Assembly: GCF_030684315.1 (NCBI RefSeq)
Contig: NC_081355.1
Coordinates: 75,478,924 to 75,542,923 of the forward strand
Direction of reading: 5' to 3'
From: Stegostoma tigrinum
Taxonomy: Eukaryota
Length of the DNA stretch: 64,000 bases
Below are positions 14,270 through 25,860 of this stretch, piece after piece. The position numbers and the translations under genes were made by a program. Under the pieces are notes generated by a model. That model saw only the letters and a list, made by a program, of their open reading frames with translations, was not told where the DNA came from and searched no databases. Each line of letters begins with the position of its first letter. The first letter of the stretch is position 1.

Positions 14270-16110
14270 AGGTTTTGTGCATCGCTAACGAGGCCCACAT
14301 TTACTGCCCATCTCAGTTGGGGTGGTGAACTTTCTTGACCTTGTCCTGCTGAGCAACTGGGTGGTGAGCTACCTTCATGAACTGCTGCATTACGTGGGGT
14401 GTAGGTTGATGCACAGTGCTGTGAGGGAGGGTGTTCCAGGATTTTGGCTCAGCAACAGTGAAAGAATGGAGATTTAGTTCCAAGTCAGAATGGTATGTGA
14501 CTTGGAAGGGAACTTTCAGCTGGTGGTACACCATTTTATCTGCTGCCTTTGTACTTTTACATTGTAGAGGTTGATGATTTTCAAGGTGCTGTTGAAGGAT
14601 TCTGAATGAATTATTGCGGTGCATTGTGCAGATGGTACACACTGCTGCCACTGTGCATAAGCAGTGAAGACAGTCAATGCTGTAGATGCTGTGGTGCCAA
14701 TCAAGTGGGCTGCCTTTTCCTGGATGATGCCAGCTTGTCACATATTGTTGGACACTGGGAAGACACAAGATAAGTTATTCACCACAGAATTCCTAGCCTC
14801 TTACCTGTACATACAGCTACAATCGTTGCATCATTGGTCTGGTTCAGTCTGTGGTCAATGTTAACTCCCAGAATTTAAAAGTAAATGAATCACCGATGGT
14901 AATGCCATTGATCATCAAGGCAAGATGATTAGATTATCTATTCCAGGAAACAGACATTGCCTGGCACTTTTGTGGCATGAATGCTACTTACCACTCATCA
15001 AACCAAGAGTGGATGTTATCCAAGTCTTTTTGCAAATAGACACCAATTACTTCCTTATCTGCAGTCACGACTGGTGCTGAACATTTTGCAAACATAGTGA
15101 ATATCCCCACCTCTGACCTTTATGATTGAGGGAAGGTCATTGATGAAGTAACAGAAAATGGTTGGGCCTAGGACACTACCCTGTGAACCTCTGGGATTGA
15201 TATCCTGGGACTGAGATTATTGACCTCTAGTAACAACAACAGCTGTCTTTTATTTTGAGCTGGGTATGAGGTTCTCTGACCTGCAGAAAGATTTCCTGAT
15301 TCATTTTGATTGCAGTTTTGCCAGGGTTCTTGATGCCACACTGTCAAATGCTCCCCTGATGTCAGTGACTGTCTCTCTCACTTCACCTCTGGAGTTCAGT
15401 TCTTTTGTTTGTGTTTGAACCAATGCTGTAAGGTGGTGAGGAGCTGTGTGGCCCTGGTGAAACCTAAACTGAGCTTCAGTGAACAGATGCTGAGCAAATG
15501 CTGCTTGATAACAGTTGAGGACACCCTAACCACATCACGTTGATTGAGTAGATTAATAGGTTGGTAATTGGCCAGGTTGGATTTGTCCTGCATCTAATGG
15601 GTAGGCCCTACTTGGGAAAGTTACAACATTTCAGGGTTGATACCAATGTTGTAACTGCATTGAAACAGGTTGGAGAGGGGTGTGGAGCAAACATTGACAG
15701 AATGTTGTTGGGGACCATAACTTATGCTGAATCTAGAAATTTCAGTTGCTTCTTCTTATTATGTGGAATTAATTAAATTCACTGAAGGTCTGAGGTGCCC
15801 AGCATCAGAAGAGATGGATCATCTACTTGGCAATTCTGGTTGAATTTGGAAGCAAATGCTTCAGCTTGTCTTTTACACAAATGGACTGTGTTCCCTGCCT
15901 CACTGAGTTTGGGGATATTTGTAGAGACACTTGCTCATGTTAGTTGTGAAACTGCCTAGCACTATTCATGACTGGATGTGACAGGACTGCAGAGTTTCAA
16001 TCTGAAACGTATGCTGTGTGATCACTTAGCCCTAGTAGCTTCATGTTGCTTCCACTGATTGGTATGGAAGCATTCCGGTGTTGGAGCTTCACCAGGCTGA
16101 CACCTCATTC
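14270..16110 (-). mobile_element. Old LINE (CR1/L2 group, second family)
   Basis: QDKSNLANYQPINLL (YRPISLL-like), AFD-VWHQ, QGSVLGP, SFTVA-PKSWNTLP. Confidence 0.82.
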
Positions 16111-16112
16111 TT

Positions 16113-16601
16113 AGTGAGGGGGCTCTGAAACAAATAGACAGAGGGGGAGGCAGTGATAGAAGGTGGATAGTGGAGCAGATTGGTGGAGAGAAGACGGACA
16201 GGTCAAGGAGGCGGGGATGAAGCTGGTAAAGGTGAGTTTAGGTAAGGATTTGGGATGGGAGTTGATCAGTGAAGTGGGAGGAGAGGATAGTTGGGAGTGA
16301 AGACAGACAGGTCAAGGAGGCAAAGAGAGGGAGGGCTGGTCTTGGGATGAAGTTGGGGCTGGGGATATTTTGAAGCTCAAAGTCCACATTGAGACCATCG
16401 GGTTGTAAGGTTCCAACGTGCAGGTCCTCCAGTTTTCAGGTGACACTGGAGGAGGCCCAGGATGGACATGTCGTCCAGGGAGTGGGAGGGGGAGGTGAAG
16501 TGGTTCATGACTGGGAGGTGTTGTTGTTTGTCATGAGCCAAGGGTAGCTGCTCCATAAAGCGGTCTCCAAGCCACCGCTTAGTTTCCCTGATGTAAAGGA
16601 G
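16113..16601 (-). mobile_element. Penelope-like element fragment (GIY-YIG C-terminus and purine/pyrimidine-skewed 3' UTR)
   Basis: Minus strand LYIRETKRWLGDR; colinear with 60515-61135. Confidence 0.88.
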
Positions 16602-17039
16602 GGCAGCTAACAGTCAAGCACATCACTGTAGGTCTGGAGTCATTTTAGACCAGACCAAGTGCTAATGGCAGATTTTCTTCCCTAAGTGATATTAATGAAT
16701 CTACAGGGCATTGGATGTCGAAGGAATTTAAGTCTGTGTTGAGTGGATACAGGATGGTTTAGTTGCCTGAGAGTACCTGGGGCGGTAGAGGTAGTGGGTG
16801 TGGAGAGACAAACGAGCTTTAGGGAATCTTTAAGCAACATTGGGAGATTGACTACTGTTGTGGAGATTTTAGGCAACCTGCCTCAGTGCTAGGAACCTGC
16901 AGCAATGCATCATGATTCACAAAGTTCACCGTGAATAGAACCCATCTGAACTGACATAAACCTCAGCAAAGTCACATGTTGATTGGGTATATGGATTTTC
17001 CAGAGCCCTGTTGAAAATCTTGTCCCTGGACACCAAATG

Positions 17040-17460
17040 ATGTGAGGAGACATTACATGAACCAGAATTCAACAGGTTAAGGGCAATTTTATTGATGGCG
17101 TTGAAATAGTAAGGAGAATAAATGAAGTTATTTGGGATAAGATATTTTCTCTGGTTAAGGAGCCTAGTAATAGGAGGCATAGTCTTAAAAATAAGAGCCA
17201 GGATTGTCAGGAGTAAACTTAGGAAGCAATTTTACCCGTAACGAATGGGTAGTTGGAATTTGAAACTTAGAAATAGCAAATTACATAAATGATGCTATTA
17301 TTTTTAAATCTGAGATTTGATACTTTTTACTATTAACTAAAGGCAGTATAAGATACAGGATAAAGGTGGGACAATGGAGATGAGGTACAAATCAAGCATG
17401 GTTCCATTTTTCGCTAGTGCTCAACAGGCTAAATTATTCGAACCTGCCATTGTGTTTCTA
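17040..17460 (+). mobile_element. Old CR1 3' fragment
   Basis: Degenerate LFSLV...RRHSLKI...F sequence and 3' UTR resembling 35640-36017. Confidence 0.65.
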
Positions 17461-17772
17461 ATGATTTGCGGACGTCTGATGCCTGTTTATATTGTCTCAT
17501 TTTCGCAAGTTAATTATTTCATCCATAAGAGTTAAAAAGAATCAAGTATGGGTTGAGATCAAATTCTATTGTACCAAACAATAATTTTAAATGTGGATTA
17601 CTAACATGCCAAAGGCAATGTCATGAAATCTGTGTGCGCACGCTGAGCAGAGTTCTTTTATTCTGGTAGTTTGACATCATTGACATTCACTTGATATTTT
17701 GGTCACTTATGGAGGGCCAAGGAGGATCTCAATGAATGAGGCAACATGTCTAAAGTTTAGTTGGCCAAGGGA

Positions 17773-18220
17773 TAGAGTCATAGAGTTGTGAGCACAAACA
17801 GACCTTTCAGTCCAACTCAACAAGGCTGATCAGTTATTCAAAATTAATCTAGTCCCATTTGCCAGCATTTGACCCACATCCTTTAAACCCTTCCTAATCA
17901 TGTATACATCCAAATGCCTTTTAAATGTTGTAACTGTACCACCCTCTACCACCACCTTTGGCAGCTCCATCCCATACATGCACCATCCTCTGCATGTGTG
18001 AAAAAGTTACCTCGTAGGTCACTTTTAAATCTTTCCCCTCTCACCTTTAAACCTACACCCTCTAGTTTTGGACTCTCCTACCCTGGAAAAGACTTTGACT
18101 ATCCAGGCCCCGCATGATTTTATAATCCTCTATAAGGTCACTCCCTCAGCCTTCGACTCTCTGGGCAAAATAGCCCCAGTCCACTCAGCCTCTCTCTACA
18201 GTTTAAACCCTCCAAACTCA
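17773..18220 (-). mobile_element. CR1 3' fragment
   Basis: Tail and UTR are similar to the copy at 22185-22755. Confidence 0.8.
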
Positions 18221-18527
18221 ATGAATGAGACCATATTTACATTTTACCTCCTATCTCTTAACAGTTCTTTGTCAGCAGGATCTAAATTGATATTGAAGTG
18301 TTCTACTTCACTAGGGCACAGGCACACTTCCTGATCCAATACCACAGAAATGAAAGTAGGCCAGTATGCAGCAGATTGGACTGCATTCCCTAATTTGCTG
18401 AGGTCAAGGCAGCAGTTTAACATCAAAGCCAAAATCCCAAATGTAATATTAAATGCAAATTATGGTTCTTACTCACAATAGTCCACAAAGCTTTTTGCTC
18501 AATTGCCCTGACATCCTTTTGAACTGA

Positions 18528-18703
18528 GATAATAGGAACCGCAGATGCTAGAGAATCCAAGATAAAAAGGTGTAGAGATGGATGAACACAGCAGGCCAAG
18601 CAGCATCATAGAAGACCCCTCAAGGGCTAGGCCTGAAACATCAGCCTTCTTGCTCCTATGATGCTGCTTGGCCTGCTGTGTTCATCCAGCGCTACACCTT
18701 GTT
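18528..18703 (-). mobile_element. Fold-back Penelope-terminus mini-element (family A)
   Basis: Inverted arms; flanking direct repeat ATCCTTTTGAACTGA at 18513-18527 and 18704-18718. Confidence 0.9.
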
Positions 18704-19139
18704 ATCCTTTTGAACTGATCTATTTAGCATGCATTCTTTCGGGGGGGGAAAAATAAGTTTGAAAGGATTACAAAATATCAGTGAATTAATTACAGCCAAA
18801 TGGTTTAAAAATTACTGTATTTCATCAGCACGTAGAATTCCAAAAATGATTGGAAGTTTAGAAACAAAACATTGCGCTTCCAGTGTTTGAAAGATGCGGT
18901 TGAACTATGTCAGTCATTGCTGCTGGTTCACACCTCTCCAAATCTTTCTGCCATAAAGCAATGGGTGTGGTGTAACTGCATCCTGATTGATAGTATGTCC
19001 CTGCATGTTGACAAGAGTTAATATTGACACCAGTCTCAAACACACACTGATTCCCCATAATGTTAAACGTATTTGTATGTTTTCACTTGGTTACATAATG
19101 AGATTGTACATCTCTGATGACAATAATTTGACTGCTTAC

Positions 19140-19230
19140 CTCCCATGTCTGAGAGAGTCGACAGATGGCAGCACTGTTAAGACCCATGATTATGGCGAAG
19201 GAAGAGTTAAGGTTCCTTAATGCCCTGCAA
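19140..19230 (-). CDS. RAPGEF5: RAPGEF5 exon: CRALRNLNSSFAIIMGLNSAAICRLSQTWE
   Basis: 91 nt; cttag|T ... GAG|gtaag. Confidence 0.95.
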
Positions 19231-19903
19231 CTAAGAGATGGAAGATGACACTTATTAACATGTAGTGAAATTAGAAGTCTAGCGTCATGTGCAAAACTGT
19301 TATCTACTGAAATGCTGCAAACCTCTCACAGAATACGGAAAGCTGTCTGCTGTCCAGTAATCTTGCAGTCACACATTGAAATCTAATTTAAATATGCCAA
19401 TTTGGAGAAAAGTGGTACAGATTTTATTTTCCTATCCTGACTTTTCTGTCTCAATCACTGTAAAATATCTTTGGAAATCCAGGTTCGTGTCATTTGGTCC
19501 CGTAGGGTTCTTGATTACTTTAGGTAGGGTACAAAGTACTGGCTATGCTATTATCAATTATCTTAAGAAACTTACTATTTAATTTGATCCCTTTGTCACA
19601 TCCCAAAAGTCAGGTCATACACATGAATTCTGATCTGCTGTTACGTATGACCACATAAATGTCACATCCTCGTTGGTACTACTACCATTATAGGAATGTA
19701 ACAAAGGCTTTGCACGCCTCAATAGTTGTTACTAGCTCTCAAAGTGTAATGTACACAGATTAAAATGTGCTAACTGTACCAAAAAGAAAGGAAAATGATT
19801 GAAGCAGTTTCTGTTCATAACAAATTCCTAACTCTTATTTGCCAGCCCTTGTTATATTACAGAAATGCACGTGCAAGTTAGAAGTAACAGCAATATCTTG
19901 TAA

Positions 19904-20053
19904 GGGGTAGTGGGAACTGTCGATGCTGGAGAATCTGAGATAACAAGGTGTAGAGCTGGATTTCTGGAGAAGGGTCCAGACCCAAAATGTCAACTTTTCT
20001 GCTCCTCTGACACTGCCTGGCCTGCTGTGTTCATCCAACCTTACACCTTGAGT
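19904..20053 (-). mobile_element. Fold-back Penelope-terminus mini-element (family A)
   Basis: TSD CAGC(A/G)ATATCTTGTAA at 19888-19903 and 20054-20069; degenerate hammerhead core ctggaga-agggtccagaccc-aaaatgtc. Confidence 0.88.
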
Positions 20054-21289
20054 CAGCGATATCTTGTAATGTATTTTTCATTTCTAAGTGCATATGTGAT
20101 TGAGTTAAGTGCTTATCATAAGTGTTTGGAGCTTACATGGGCATTTTTGGATTGTTGTGCAGCCACAAAGCCATGCATTGTGCAAGGAACATTGCTATCT
20201 AGCATCAATAATAAATATCATAAGTAGACACCCATCGAGAAACCAGCCAATTCCAAAATGCTGAGGATCTTCTTTCCCAGGTTAATTCAGCTCAGTTTAG
20301 ATCAGACTGGTTGCAAAATCATGCAGAGTGTAAAATAAGTTCTGCTGGCCAGCTGTTGCCAGTCATCTAACCATCATGAAGTGTTAAGGTCAACCCCCAA
20401 ACTTTAATGTTATTTCTCTTTACAGTTCCTATTCTGCTCCCTAAATTTCACTTTGGGCTTGGTAATTGGTTGGGCTGTCATTTGAGTTTGGTCCCTTATT
20501 TGCAGGGTTGAAGTGACATTTCTTTGGGTTGTGTTCTGTTGTTTCTAATTCCATACAGTTCATTTCTTTTAGAAAAAAAACTGCTCCTGATGACATTGCT
20601 GAGGATTGATGTCTGCAGTATTCAATTGTTTGGTGCTTGATTGTGTGTGTCTGGTATTTATTCTGTGTAAATTTTTTTATTCCTGGATGTGGTAAGTTGG
20701 AAAGAGAGACTGAACTGGGGAAAAATGTAAGCACAGTAACAAGATATTTTGAAGCACTGAATAAAACTCAGAGGTCATGGAATGTATCATTTGCATCATT
20801 TTGCACATAAAACTCAACAGTATCTTCATGACAGCTGACCAGTCCTTACGTCTTCAATCTATATCATTTGTCTTTATTGATCTTTGATGGCATTTCTACA
20901 TTTAATGAGCATGTTGGTGAATATATTCTATTATCCACACAAACTGAAATATACTGCTTTTTGTACTAAAACAGGACCACAATTTTACAAAACAATCAAT
21001 CTGCACAGTTTCAGTTATGAGTCTAATATGAGCTGTCTCAAATAATTTCAACCTACACTGCCCAAGGATGAGGTCAGGAAAGGATAGCTCATAAATTGTA
21101 AAAAATGTTTAAGCATCCACTTTCAGTTTTAATGGTAGCCGGGTGGTAGGGATGGGTGTGGCAACAAAACTGCTCTGCAGCCACAGACCTGCCATCTTAA
21201 ATACAGTTACTAAGGTATGAAGTAAAATTAGCCTATAATGGGTTCGGAAAATACATGAAAGGGTAAATGAGTGAATAAGCAGGTGCAGA

Positions 21290-22157
21290 TATTTCAGTAG
21301 ATATTTCATATTGCTCAACCAAAACTTATTCCAGAAATAGAGGACGCATTGACCAAAATATTCCAGACTGGATTCCAGAAAGGTTACAGCAAGTGAGAAA
21401 ATCACTAATACCGCACCTCTGTTCAAGAAGGGAGTGAGGCAGACAGCAGAATACTACGGGTCAGTTAGGTGCTTAAGTCCATTTATTAGGGAAGAAATAG
21501 CAGGACATTTTGAAAGAGAAATCATTTTTGACAAGCTTGATAGATCTCTTTCAGGTAAAACAAGCAAAATTGATAAAGGGGAGTCAGTAGATGTACTATT
21601 TGTGGATTTCCAGAAGGCACTTGGCAAATAGACACATTTTTTTAAAAATTGCACAAGATAGGAACACACAGTATATACAGTAACACAGTTGTACAGATTG
21701 AGGATTGGTAACACACAAAAGACAAAAAGTTAGGATTAACTGGTATTTTTCAAGTTGCAAAGATATAAATAGTGAAGTGCCATAAGGATCAGTCCAAGGG
21801 CACAATGATTTACTATCTACTTGTATTCCAAGTGACTTGGTGAAGGGGCAGAGTGTTATGTGACCAAATTTAATGATGATTCAAAATAGGTCGGAGGACA
21901 TGTTGGGATGAGGGCATGAGGAATCTGCGACAGGGTTAGGGGATACACATAGGTTCAGCAAGTGGGGAAAAAAAACTTGGCAGATGGATTTCAATGTAGG
22001 AATGTGTGAGGTCATGCATTTTGGTAGGAAGAATCAAAAGATAGACTCTTATTCAAACGGGGAGACAGAAACACAAAATATGCATCATAGTGGGATCTGG
22101 GTTTTCTTGTACAAGAAACACAAAGTTAGTATTCAAATACAGCAAATAATTAAGAAG
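21290..22157 (+). mobile_element. CR1 ORF2 fragment
   Basis: PLFKKG, VDVLFVDFQKA, MDFNVGMCEVMHFGRKN. Confidence 0.85.
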
Positions 22158-22184
22158 TGTGATGTAGACTATGAGATTTATATT

Positions 22185-22755
22185 CATAGAGACATACAGA
22201 CTCTGAGTCCATGCTGACCATGGTCCCAAACTAAACTAGTCCTACTTGCCTGCATTTGGCCCATATCCCTCCAAACCTTCCTATTCATGTATCTATCCAA
22301 ATGTCTTTTAAATGTTGTAACTGTACCTGCATCCACCACTTCCTCTGGCAGTTCATTCCACAAATGAACTACTCTCTATGTGAAAAAAGTTGCCCCTCAT
22401 AACCTAGTTAAAACTTTCTCCTCTCACCTTAAAAATATGTCCCCTAGCTTTGAACAGCCCCACCCTAGGGAAAAGACACTTGCTATTCATTTTATCTCTG
22501 CCCCTCATTATTTTGTAAACTTCTATAAAGGTCAGCCCTTAACCTCCGACACTCATCAAAAAAATGTCAGCCTACCCAGCCTTTCCTTATAACTTAAACC
22601 CTTCATTCCCAGCAATATCCTAGTAACTCTGTTCTGAACCCTCTCCAATTCAATACTCTCCTTCATGTAGCAGGGTGACTGTGTACAGTATTCCAGAGGA
22701 GGTCTTAGCAATGTCCTGTACAATCTCAACATAACTTCCAAATTCCTATCCCCAA
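22185..22755 (-). mobile_element. CR1 3' fragment
   Basis: EVMLRLYRTLLRPPLEYC...LERVQNR plus 3' UTR. Confidence 0.87.
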
Positions 22756-24411
22756 ACCCTTACACAAAATATTATTTACTGTAACTGTGGGCTTTTGAGT
22801 TAACCACGGGTTTTTTGTTTGCCTGCAGTTAATAGTTAGCTTATAAGGATTTCTATCGTCATTATGATTTCTTTTAAAACAATTTTTGAAGCCTTGCTTT
22901 TAAATTGGTGTGTTATGCACATTGGTAGAGTAGGTTGTTGTTCTTTTCTCCACCTATCCAAATATCATAATCTTTGGCTTTCATTCAGGAAAGAGATCGT
23001 CAATGAACAGGATGCTTTCTCCTTAACGCCTAATGTTATATTTTTTACTTGCAAGCATGAATACAATGGTGTCAAGCATAAATGCTACTGAAGGTCTTTG
23101 TGTTTCATTAACAAACATTTGTAGCTCTGATTTTCTGGTGACGAGCTACTTGCATATATGATCCTTTGACTGGAAGTAAACAATTAGTGTTGTATAACAA
23201 CAGAAGCCAAATAATTTCACCAAGTTAATCAACGCTTAAACCCCTTCACCTCCTGCACGATACCTTTCCCTTTGCCCCTTTGAGAATACAATTCTACCCT
23301 GCAGGATCTCAACAAAAACGTGTTTCTGGAAATTTTCATATTCTACAATTAGGCAATTAAAAATAAACATGCATCTGCTTTTTTTTGTTGAAACAGAATG
23401 CTCAGGGTAAATGAAAAAAAATCGTGGGAGTAAGCAATAACATACTTCCCCGTTGGCTGGTAACTCACACCAATGAAGTATAAAACAATAATCTATCCAT
23501 GTAATGAATTATCACCAGAGAGTTGTAGTGTTCCAGGTATAAATCAAATGTTCCCTAGCATCCCAGGGCTCATTTCTGTTCATAGTGTAAAACAGAATGG
23601 CTCTCTGATGACCATGAATTCCAACTGTTCTTTCACTTGAGTTAAACAGACAATTATAACTCATTCATGGTCTTCCTCCAAGGGCCTGCTAAGGCCTGTG
23701 GCTGCTAAAAGAAGCCTTATCATCAGTATAATTAACTCTTAAGGCTCCAAATATTAGGAAGAGCATTGATGAAATTTGTTGTACATTAGTTTTTTACTTT
23801 TTTTTTGATTTTTTTTTTCTTCTGGTAATGGGTGATGACAATGTCATTGCTGAGGATGGCTCGTAGGAGTGACCAACCCAACAGAAGGAGGGAGCTGAAT
23901 TAGCAAAGCAGCGAGACTGATTAACATAAGAGTGTCCAGGAGCTACCAGCTCAGTTAAATGCATGTTAGTGAGACTTCTCTGTGCTCAGGGCTCAGTAAC
24001 TCTCAAGACAGATGCCCCTACTTAGATCATCAAGGAGCTCTCTTTTTTCAAATGGAAAGCACAGAAAGATAATTATGTTACAGTTCATTACTTTTCAGCA
24101 GAATTTTAAAATCGTTCCCACATTTTGGAAAAAAGATGTCAAATCTTCACATGTATCTCCACAATTAGAAAAGTCAGCATCTTACAAATACAATGCAACC
24201 ATGTAAATATGCATTGTTAGCATAGGATATAATGAAAATTGTGAACAGCTTCTGCTTCCTAGTACCAGAGAAAATCTCTGCCAAACACAGACGTCAATGA
24301 CATATCTCTTTTAGAGCCGCAGATGTGTCCCGGAAATAATGTGACCTTGGAACTGCTTTTGTTTTACAATCCTTTTTTAACCTTTTTGTACAGAATGCCT
24401 TTTCCACTTAC

Positions 24412-24581
24412 TGAGCAGCAACCTTTACGAACTTTTTGACAAGCTGCACTCGTTTGGATAGCTGGCTACAGAGGAGGACTTCAGTGGCAACCCACAGTTG
24501 AACCTCATTGCACCGCTGCAGCAGAAAGTCAAGGTTGGCAGTTGTGTTCCTTCTGTGGAATGTGTAATAGATCAGTTCCTG
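24412..24581 (-). CDS. RAPGEF5: RAPGEF5 exon: [56 protein letters not shown](H)
   Basis: 170 nt; tgcag|CAG (tandem NAGNAG acceptor) ... CA|gtaagt; CDC25-domain WVATE motif. Confidence 0.95.
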
Positions 24582-24801
24582 CTGCAAAGGGCACAGAAGG
24601 AGAGAAAATCAGTGAATATCCCTACACATGTACCAAGGAAGAAAATAGCTGTTATCTAATGGAAGTGATCCACTGAACCAAGCAATATCTGCATATTCAA
24701 TCTCCTTTAACCCAAGTGTTTGATTTCTTTCCGAGTAATACTTTGAGTTGTAACAAGCTGTCCTAAATCACTTTTGTAAAACATAATTTGATGCTCATTT
24801 A

Positions 24802-25200
24802 GGCAGCAACCATGGCTCACTGGGTAGTGCACTCACTTCTGACACAGAAGGTTATAGATCCAAATCCTGCTGTAGACTGCTGAGCACAAAATCTGAACTG
24901 ACAACTGATTACAGTACAGGGGAAATGTTGAACTGTTGGAAGTGTGGTCTTTTGAAAGGGTTGTCAAATCAATACTTCGACTCTTTCAAGTGTTCTTTTT
25001 ACCAATGTCTTTGCCAATATTTTAATCCCTTGAAGAAAATCACTAAAACACATTTTCTGGTTATTATCTTTTTTTTGTGGATCTCACTGCAAACAAATTC
25101 ACTGCCATTTGGAGACATTGCAACATTAATTACAATCCAAATGTATTGGGATGTTGTGAAGCACTGAAAGGTATTATATGGACACCAGTTATTTGTCTTT
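24802..25200 (+). mobile_element. Old tRNA-headed SINE, probably DeuSINE/SacSINE1-like
   Basis: A-box-like tggctcactggg, degenerate B box and an L2-like tail. A related copy lies at about 12770-13100 on the minus strand. Family assignment is from memory. Confidence 0.6.
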
Positions 25201-25579
25201 GTGCTACTCTGTAGACAGTACATGGTTCAAAGTGACCGCAGTGGAGTTTTCATTGTCTTGATTTGTAGAAAACCTTAAGATCAAATCTAGAGAGGTATCT
25301 TGTGCAGTTGTTACATGAGCAACATTTTTTGGCTTTATATTAGATAATATTTCCAATACATAAATGACATTTTTTAGATTATTGAGTCTAGTATCCAAAT
25401 GGGTCACTAATGTCTGGATTACATTTGACTACAGAACTGCAGCAACTTGGTTAACTGCCATCTGAAATAATCTAGCAAGCCATTCAGGTCAAAGCCACAA
25501 ATGACAGCACTGTCCACACCCTGTATACCAACAATAACGAGGGGGTGCAGAATCCCAGTGCCTGAGTTGCTAGACCCCC

Positions 25580-25860
25580 CCCTCACCATGGGGCAAGATA
25601 TGAATAGTTGGAGGAAATGACATCAGTGACATCCCAGATACATTCATGGATCGAGGATTGGGAGATGCAACATATGCCCCCAGTTCCTCCCCAAACTGAG
25701 CCACTGGCATAAAGACTGATGGAAGCTATGAGCAATTCAGGTGCTAGGATGTAGTTATCACCCACTCCTTCTAAGCACAAGTCCCTGACCAATAGATAAC
25801 ACATTTTGGTAATGATGGGCCTGGATAGCCTTAAATTGGTGTCTGCACTGTCTTTCAATC
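25580..25860 (-). pseudogene. PIF/Harbinger transposase remnant (HARBI1-like N-terminal region)
   Basis: LRLSRPIITKMC...ISLYASGSVWGGTGGICCISQSSIHECIWDVTDVI resembles the L.FYASGSFQ...GD..GISQ....R.I..VTDAL motif. Confidence 0.75.

Noticed and set aside
19195-19212. NSSFA instead of the usual NSFFA in the GEF domain as a sign of pseudogenisation
   Set aside because: A single substitution; all 14 exons keep frame and splice signals.
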